Below, one piece after another: positions 58,336 through 64,000 of a stretch of 64,000 nucleotides of DNA. Position 1 is the first letter of the stretch, and each line of letters opens with the position of its first letter. Location: NCBI GenBank assembly GCA_039589315.1, contig JBDHHQ010000005.1, forward strand, positions 32,001 to 96,000, written 5' to 3'. Under the pieces are notes generated by a model, which was not told the DNA's origin, ran no database searches, and saw only the letters and a list, made by a program, of their open reading frames with translations. The DNA is from Gemmatimonadota bacterium (lineage in GTDB: Bacteria; Gemmatimonadota; Gemmatimonadetes; Longimicrobiales; Gaopeijiaceae). The translations under genes and the position numbers were made by a program.

Positions 58336-59658
58336 ATGGCTCACACCCACATCCCCGACGAGATCCCGATCCGGTATCTGGCTCGCCCCCGGTGGTGGAA
58401 CATGCTGGCCGGCGTCCTGTTCCTGGTCGGGGCGGTCTCCTTCGTCATGGCGCTGTCCAGCGACGGCAGCCGGGCCTGGCAGGCGTACATCGTCAACTGG
58501 CTCTTCTTCACCAAGGTGGCCATGGGGGCGGTGGCGTTCACGGCGGTGACCTACATCGTCAAGGCCAAGTGGAACTGGTCGGTGCGACGCATCAGCCTCA
58601 GCCCCGTGTCGTTCCTGCCGATCTCGTTCCTGCTCTTCCTGCCGCTTCTCGTGGTCATGCGGGAGAACTACTTCCCGTGGATCGAGGAAATGGCCCACGA
58701 CCCGATCCTCCAGGCCAAGTCCGCTTGGCTCAACATCCCGTTTCTCGTCACGCGCAACCTGTTGGGCGTGGCGGTCCTGTTCGGACTCGCCCTCGTCTTC
58801 GCCAGAAGGGCGCTGCGGCCGGACATGGGTCTGGCGGAGAGTCACGAGGGCGGCCACGCCGGCCGTGCGAAGTGGCGGGCCCGCCTGACCAAGGGTTGGA
58901 GGGGTCAGGAAGCCGAGGAGGTGGACAGCCACCGGTCTCTGGCCCGCATCGCGCCGGTGCTGATACTGGCATATGCCCTGGTCATGAGCCTGCTGTCGTT
59001 CGACTGGATCATGTCGCTGGATCCCCATTGGTACTCGACGCTATTCGGCGGCTTCTTCTTCATGGGCGCGTTCTGGGCCGGGATCGCGATCACCGCTCGG
59101 CTGTGCGTCTTCCTCAAGTGGCACGATCCCGAGATCGACAGGATGGTCGGCAGCTCGCAGCTTCACGACCTGGGCAAGCTCGCTTTCGCCTTCACGGTGT
59201 TCTGGGGCTACCTGTTCTTCTCCCAGTACCTGCCCATCTGGTACGGGAAGCTGCCGTGGGAGCAGACGTTCGTCATCGAGCGGGCGGTGGCTCCTTGGGG
59301 TAAGCTCTCGGCCCTGTGGATCGTGCTCTGCTTCGTGATACCCTTCGCGGCCTTGCTCGGGCGGGCCCCGAAGATGCGACCCCTGTGGCTCGGGGCCTTC
59401 ACCGGCGTGATCCTGGCCGGCCTCTGGCTGGAGATGTACCTGTTCATCGCTCCGGCCCACTATCACGGCGGCTCGATCTTCCCCGGCTGGGAGCTGCTCG
59501 TGGCGTGCATGTTCGCCGGTCTGTTCCTGCTGGCCCTGGGATGGTTCTTCTCCACGTTCCCGCTGGTGCAGCTGTGGCAGCCCATGGTGGAGCCGGAGAT
59601 CATGGGATCGGAGTTCACGGATCGTTCCCGCTCGTCCCGGGTGGTGGGAGGGGACTGA
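58336..59658 (+). CDS. actF: Alternative complex III membrane subunit
   Basis: FDWIMSLDPHWYSTLFG, HDLGKL, FWGYLFFSQYLPIWYG. Confidence 0.9.
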   Translation: MAHTHIPDEIPIRYLARPRWWNMLAGVLFLVGAVSFVMALSSDGSRAWQAYIVNWLFFTKVAMGAVAFTAVTYIVKAKWNWSVRRISLSPVSFLPISFLLFLPLLVVMRENYFPWIEEMAHDPILQAKSAWLNIPFLVTRNLLGVAVLFGLALVFARRALRPDMGLAESHEGGHAGRAKWRARLTKGWRGQEAEEVDSHRSLARIAPVLILAYALVMSLLSFDWIMSLDPHWYSTLFGGFFFMGAFWAGIAITARLCVFLKWHDPEIDRMVGSSQLHDLGKLAFAFTVFWGYLFFSQYLPIWYGKLPWEQTFVIERAVAPWGKLSALWIVLCFVIPFAALLGRAPKMRPLWLGAFTGVILAGLWLEMYLFIAPAHYHGGSIFPGWELLVACMFAGLFLLALGWFFSTFPLVQLWQPMVEPEIMGSEFTDRSRSSRVVGGD

Positions 59659-59680
59659 GCTCGGCGGGTCTCTGGACAAG

Positions 59681-59711
59681 GGCGGCCGCTCCCCGAAGGG
59701 GCGGCCGCTTT
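59681..59711 (+). terminator. Putative intrinsic terminator after the act operon
   Basis: GGCGGCCGCTCC-CCGAA-GGGGCGGCCGCT followed by TT; lies between convergent genes. Confidence 0.55.
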
Positions 59712-59749
59712 GGTTGGTTGGGAGCCCCGTCGGCGGAGCGCGGTAGTGC

Positions 59750-60556
59750 TCAACCCGCTCCTGCGAGGCTGGTCAGGACCTCGTCATGAAGGGTCCCGTT
59801 GGTGGAGACGCCAGATCCTCCGTGCACGGTGGCTCTGCCTGTGACATCCGTGAAGCGACCGCCCGCTTCGGTGACGATCGTGAGCAACGGAGCTGCGTCC
59901 CAGGGTGAGAGCACGGGATCCACCATCACGTCGGCGCGGCCGGTGGCGACCAGGGCGTGGCCGTAGCAGTCTCCCCACGTGCGGGCGAGCGCAGCCAGGC
60001 CAACCAGCTTGGAGAAGCCGGAGTCGTGCGCCGGGTCCACGGCAAACCGCAGATCTGTGGTCAGCACGGCGGCTTCCGCCAAGGTCTCGGTGCCAGACAC
60101 CCGAGCAGGACGCCCATTCCAGTTGCATCCGAGGCCGCGGGCCGCCGATACCGTCTCACCGAGCGCCGGGAAATGAGCCACACCCACGGCCGGGGCCTGG
60201 TCGATCTCGATGCCGATGAGCACGCCATAGAGCGGCACGCCCCGCATGAAGGACCGCGTGCCGTCGATGGGATCTACGATCCAACGGATTCGCGCGCCGG
60301 GATTGGACTCCCCGAACTCCTCCCCCAGAATGCCGTGGCCGGGAAAGCGCTCGGCGATCGTCTTCCGGATCAGCAGCTCCGCCGCGCGGTCCGCCGCGGT
60401 AACCGGGGTGCCGTCGCCCTTGCGCTCGGTCGCCAGAATGCCGCCGAAGTGGTCCAGCGTGAGGTCGCCGGCCGCCCTGGCTGAGGCCTCGGCCGCCTTC
60501 AGCAGCTCCTGGAGCTCTCGGGTGTCTGGATTCGGAGGGTTCTCAGTCTCGTCCAA
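59750..60556 (-). CDS. hisN: Inositol monophosphatase family, probable histidinol-phosphatase
   Basis: PVTAADRAAE, GILGEE, WIVDPIDGTRSF, RTWGDCYG, WDAA. TTG start at 60556 is inferred. Confidence 0.8.
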   Translation of the reverse strand: MDETENPPNPDTRELQELLKAAEASARAAGDLTLDHFGGILATERKGDGTPVTAADRAAELLIRKTIAERFPGHGILGEEFGESNPGARIRWIVDPIDGTRSFMRGVPLYGVLIGIEIDQAPAVGVAHFPALGETVSAARGLGCNWNGRPARVSGTETLAEAAVLTTDLRFAVDPAHDSGFSKLVGLAALARTWGDCYGHALVATGRADVMVDPVLSPWDAAPLLTIVTEAGGRFTDVTGRATVHGGSGVSTNGTLHDEVLTSLAGAG

Positions 60557-60561
60557 GTGGC

Positions 60562-62085
60562 CTACGCTTCTTCGTTCACGGCAGTCGACGCTCTGGCGGC
60601 GTCGCGCTCGGCCTTGCGCCGATAGAGGTCGTCGTCGGCCGCCCGCACCAGGTCCTCCATGCTCTCCATCTCCCCGGGACGGAAGCATGCGAGACCGTAG
60701 CTGACGGTCACGTCGGAGGCGGACAGCATCGGGTCCGCCGCCACGCGCTGGGCGATGCGTTCGGCGTGCAGTCGACCGCCCGCCGACTCCGTGTCGGCAA
60801 GGACGGACACGAACTCGTCGCCACCGAATCGGGCCACAAGGTTCATCCGCCGAGTCTCCGCCGCAAGGATCGAGGCGAAGGTTCGGAGGGCATCGTCGCC
60901 CGCCACGTGACCGTTGGTGTCGTTGAAGCGCTTGAAGTCGTCCAGGTCCAACAGCAGCAGCGTCAGACTGCGGCCCCGTCGGGCCGCGGCTATCTCCCGC
61001 TCGAGGTGGGCCTGAAGGTGCCTCCGGTTCGGCAGGCCCGTCAGGGGATCGGTCATGGACTGGGCCTGAAGGTCCGAGTGCAGGCGAGCGTTGACGAGCG
61101 CCACGGCCGCCTGGCTCGCCAGCCGCTGTGCGACGTGTAGGTCCTCTTCGGAGAAGCTCTCCGGCTGGGTCCGGCAGACGGTCAGCGCGCCTTCCACGTT
61201 TCCGTTCAGGATGAGCGGAATCGCCAGGCTACAGGCCGCCGTGATATGGGGGCGCAGCACCTCCGGCATGAGTCGGTTGGTGCGGAGATTCTCCATCACC
61301 GCGACACGCCGGGTGTCGATCAGGGCGTCGAGGAAGGTGCCGTCCACCGTCCATCGAAGATCCTGCGGGTAGTCCGTCTCGCCCTGGGAGGCCGCGATGC
61401 GGGCCTCCCGGCCCTCGATCATGTAGACCGCACCCCCGTCCGCGTCCAGGAGCTCGCTGGCCGAGGCGATGACCTTGTCGATCACCTCCTGGGCGTCCAG
61501 GGAGCTGGTCAGGGCCCGTCCGATCTCCTCGATGCGCTCGGCCTCCAACCGACGGCGCTCCAGCTCCGAGACGTAGCGGGCGTTCTCGATGGCCACCGCA
61601 GCCACATCGGCGATGCCCTGGAGCAGCTCGAGGTCCTCGGGCCGGTAGGCTCCGGCTTGATAGCTCTGCGTGCTGAGGGAACCGAGCACTCGGCCCTTGT
61701 AGCGGAGGGGAGCAGCCATGGCGGATCGCGTGATCTCGCCGTCCTCCTCCCCCAGAAGCATGAGGGAGTGATCCCGCACGCCGTCGAGGATCAAGGAGCT
61801 ACGGCCCGAGCGGATGACCGCCGAGTCCGATCCGCGGTAGGAGATCTCCACCCGACGCTCCCTGCCCCTGTCGGCGTAGAACACGACCGTAGCGAGATCC
61901 TGGGCTTGATCGTAGAGCGAGACGTAGAACCCGGATGCCTCCACGACGCGGGCGGTCTCCCGGTAGATCGTCCGGTACAGATCCTCCGGGCTCAGCGTCC
62001 CGGTGAGGTTCCGACCGATCTCCAGGAGTACGCGATACCTCTCCTCGAGGCTGCCTCGCGTTGCTCGGGTATCGGGGTTTGCCAT
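60562..62085 (-). CDS. GAF-GAF-GGDEF diguanylate cyclase
   Basis: Two GAF domains (AVAIENARY, AVALVNARL), TDPLTGLPNRR, DLDDFKRFND, ARFGGDEF. Confidence 0.92.
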   Translation of the reverse strand: MANPDTRATRGSLEERYRVLLEIGRNLTGTLSPEDLYRTIYRETARVVEASGFYVSLYDQAQDLATVVFYADRGRERRVEISYRGSDSAVIRSGRSSLILDGVRDHSLMLLGEEDGEITRSAMAAPLRYKGRVLGSLSTQSYQAGAYRPEDLELLQGIADVAAVAIENARYVSELERRRLEAERIEEIGRALTSSLDAQEVIDKVIASASELLDADGGAVYMIEGREARIAASQGETDYPQDLRWTVDGTFLDALIDTRRVAVMENLRTNRLMPEVLRPHITAACSLAIPLILNGNVEGALTVCRTQPESFSEEDLHVAQRLASQAAVALVNARLHSDLQAQSMTDPLTGLPNRRHLQAHLEREIAAARRGRSLTLLLLDLDDFKRFNDTNGHVAGDDALRTFASILAAETRRMNLVARFGGDEFVSVLADTESAGGRLHAERIAQRVAADPMLSASDVTVSYGLACFRPGEMESMEDLVRAADDDLYRRKAERDAARASTAVNEEA

Positions 62086-62235
62086 ATGACCTTCGACCCT
62101 CTCGCCCTTTCGGGCTGGAGCGTAGGCGTCTGAATCTGCCGACTCCCCGCGCACCACCTCCGGACCGACGCCGAAAGCTCCGGCCGCGGTCGCGCGCGAA
62201 GGGGACCCGGGGCACACCCGGGCCCGTGATGCCCA

Positions 62236-63039
62236 TCACTCGGTGTTATCGGCGCTTTCGGGCGATTCTTCAACCCGCTCCCGTGGATCGGCCTGCCGGT
62301 CCAGGAAGTTGCCGATTTCGAAGCCGATGGCACGAAGGAGGCGAGCCTCCCGGAGGTCGGGCTGCGCACGGCCGATGACGGTACGGATCGTTCGGAGAAT
62401 GCTCTCCGGTGCCCGGGCCTTGTAGAAGTCGATGCGATGCAGGCCCGCCTCCAACGCCGCGTACGTCTCCTCGAGCTCCGCCGCCGTCGCCGGACGGGTG
62501 GATCGACGGCTCCGGGGCAGCGCGTCGTCCGCATCCACGGCCTCCTCCGAGGCCAGAAAGATCTCGTAGAGGACCAGGAGGCAGGCCTGGGCCAGATTGA
62601 GGGACGAGAACTCAGGGTCGGTGGGGATGATCGCGACGGCGTGACAGATGTCGAGCGCCTGGTTGGACAGGCCCCTGTCCTCGCGGCCGAACAGGATGGC
62701 CACCGAGCCCTCCCGGGTCTGTTCCACGACCCGCCGGGCGAGGGGTCGAGGCCGCGCGTAGTTCCGTTGCGCCGTCCGGGCCCGGGCGGACGTGCCAACG
62801 ACGAAGGTGCAGTCGGCCAGGGCGTCTTCGAGCGCGTCGAAGTGCCGGGCGCCGTGCAGGATGTTCTCGCTTCGGTGGGCGATACCTTCGATCCGCCAGG
62901 GATCGAACTCGGCCGGCCGGACCAGGCGCAGGTGCCTGACGCCCATGTTGTTCATGGCCCGAACCACGCCCGCGATGTTCACGACGTCCTGCGGCTCGAC
63001 CAGAACGACACTTATGTTGTCGAGTAGCGGGCCAGGCAT
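62236..63039 (-). CDS. trmJ: SPOUT RNA methyltransferase, TrmJ/LasT family
   Basis: VVLVEPQ..NIAGVVRAM, GTSAR, ILFGREDRGL, SLNLAQA. Confidence 0.82.
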   Translation of the reverse strand: MPGPLLDNISVVLVEPQDVVNIAGVVRAMNNMGVRHLRLVRPAEFDPWRIEGIAHRSENILHGARHFDALEDALADCTFVVGTSARARTAQRNYARPRPLARRVVEQTREGSVAILFGREDRGLSNQALDICHAVAIIPTDPEFSSLNLAQACLLVLYEIFLASEEAVDADDALPRSRRSTRPATAAELEETYAALEAGLHRIDFYKARAPESILRTIRTVIGRAQPDLREARLLRAIGFEIGNFLDRQADPRERVEESPESADNTE

Positions 63040-63055
63040 GGCCAAGCCGTTGGGC

Positions 63056-63253
63056 TCACCGATCCCTGTGGTCTTCTCCCGGGGGGAGGGAAGCATCCTC
63101 GTCTCCGTCCCGCTCTGAGCCCTTGAAGGACGTCTTGAAGTTCCGGAGTCCCTCGCCCAGACCCCGGGCGATGAGAGGGATGCGCTTCGCGCCGAAGAGA
63201 AGGAGCAACACCGCGAGCACGAACGCGATCTCGGCGACACCGAAAGATCCCAT
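63056..63253 (-). CDS. tatA: Twin-arginine translocase TatA/E subunit
   Basis: One TM helix, LLFGAKRIP, ARGLGEGLRNFK; GGAGG RBS. Confidence 0.9.
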   Translation of the reverse strand: MGSFGVAEIAFVLAVLLLLFGAKRIPLIARGLGEGLRNFKTSFKGSERDGDEDASLPPGEDHRDR

Positions 63254-63345
63254 GGGTCAATCCTCCGACGGAGGGGACTCGCTCGGCCGCGCAATGGCGG
63301 CGGCACGGCCCGGATTCGTTGTCAAGCGGCTTGTCATGTGCGCCA

Positions 63346-64000
63346 TCACCTCAGCAACAGCTTCGCGATGGTCTGGAGCTGCATGTTGGTGGTGCCCTCG
63401 TAGATCGTGCCGATCTTGGCGTCCCGGTAGAGCTTCTCCACCGGGTACTCCCTGGTGAACCCGTAGCCGCCGTGAAGATCGATGCACATGGACGCCACCC
63501 GCTGAGCGACCTGTGACGAGAACAGCTTGGCCATGGCTGCCTGGCCGAGGAACGGCTTTCCGGCGTCCTTGAGACGTGCAGCGTTGTAGACCAGCAGACG
63601 CGCCGCCTCGATGTCGGTGGCCATCTCGGCGAGCTGGAATTGCACGCCCTGGAACTGGGCGATGGCGCGGCCGAACTGCTCCCGCTCCTGCACGTATTTC
63701 ACCGTGTGATCGAGCGCACCCTGGGCCAGTCCCACCATCTGGGCACCGATGCCGATACGTCCCTCGTTCAGCGTCTCGATGGCGACCTTGTACCCCGTGC
63801 CCACCTCGCCCAGCACGTTCGCGGAGGGCACGCGAACGCCTTCCAGAATGAGCTCGGTCGTGGAGGACGCCCGAATGCCGAGCTTGTCTTCCTTCTTGCC
63901 GACGCTGAAGCCGTCGGTGTCACGGTCGACGAGGAAGGCCGTAATGCCCTTGTACCCGCTTTCCGGATCGATCGTGGCGAAGACGATGTAGACTCCCGCC
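63346..64000 (-). CDS. Acyl-CoA dehydrogenase (5' part lies outside the window)
   Basis: [54 protein letters not shown]. Confidence 0.93.
   Translation of the reverse strand, partial: AGVYIVFATIDPESGYKGITAFLVDRDTDGFSVGKKEDKLGIRASSTTELILEGVRVPSANVLGEVGTGYKVAIETLNEGRIGIGAQMVGLAQGALDHTVKYVQEREQFGRAIAQFQGVQFQLAEMATDIEAARLLVYNAARLKDAGKPFLGQAAMAKLFSSQVAQRVASMCIDLHGGYGFTREYPVEKLYRDAKIGTIYEGTTNMQLQTIAKLLLR

Noticed and set aside
1..64000. CRISPR array, tRNA, rRNA, prophage or transposase
   Set aside because: No regularly spaced repeats, cloverleaf motifs or mobile-element proteins recognised by eye; short RNAs could have been missed.

Overview
A gene-dense, very GC-rich bacterial chromosomal window with about 56 plausible CDS. 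The gene repertoire (GWxTD protein, alternative complex III operon, CarboxypepD_reg proteins, TolB/TPR modules, YpdA) suggests Gemmatimonadota or a similar diderm lineage; this is inference only. Housekeeping and metabolic genes include mscS, mutY, an ETF:quinone oxidoreductase, lon, selD, a YgfZ/GcvT-like gene, ypdA, luxE/luxC-like genes, an ABC-2 exporter, actABCDEF, a hisN-like gene, a GAF-GAF-GGDEF cyclase, a trmJ-like gene, tatA and an acyl-CoA dehydrogenase. The best candidate for an undescribed system is a four-gene cassette at 28473-30974: two small, apparently paralogous secreted two-cysteine proteins (shared motif VGxYRxSxGxT[IL]x[VI]xC) flank an NHL-type beta-propeller lipoprotein and a DsbA-family oxidoreductase, with a strong hairpin after the first small gene. 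Other highlights: selD is a selenoprotein with an in-frame UGA and a SECIS-like hairpin missed by the ORF track; a 189-bp MITE-like element with terminal inverted repeats; a sigma54-type promoter in front of a 58-aa ORF; an ETF-QO missing one Fe-S cysteine; a long acidic insertion in Lon. I recognised no rRNA, tRNA or CRISPR array. Product calls come from motif recognition by eye, not from database searches.
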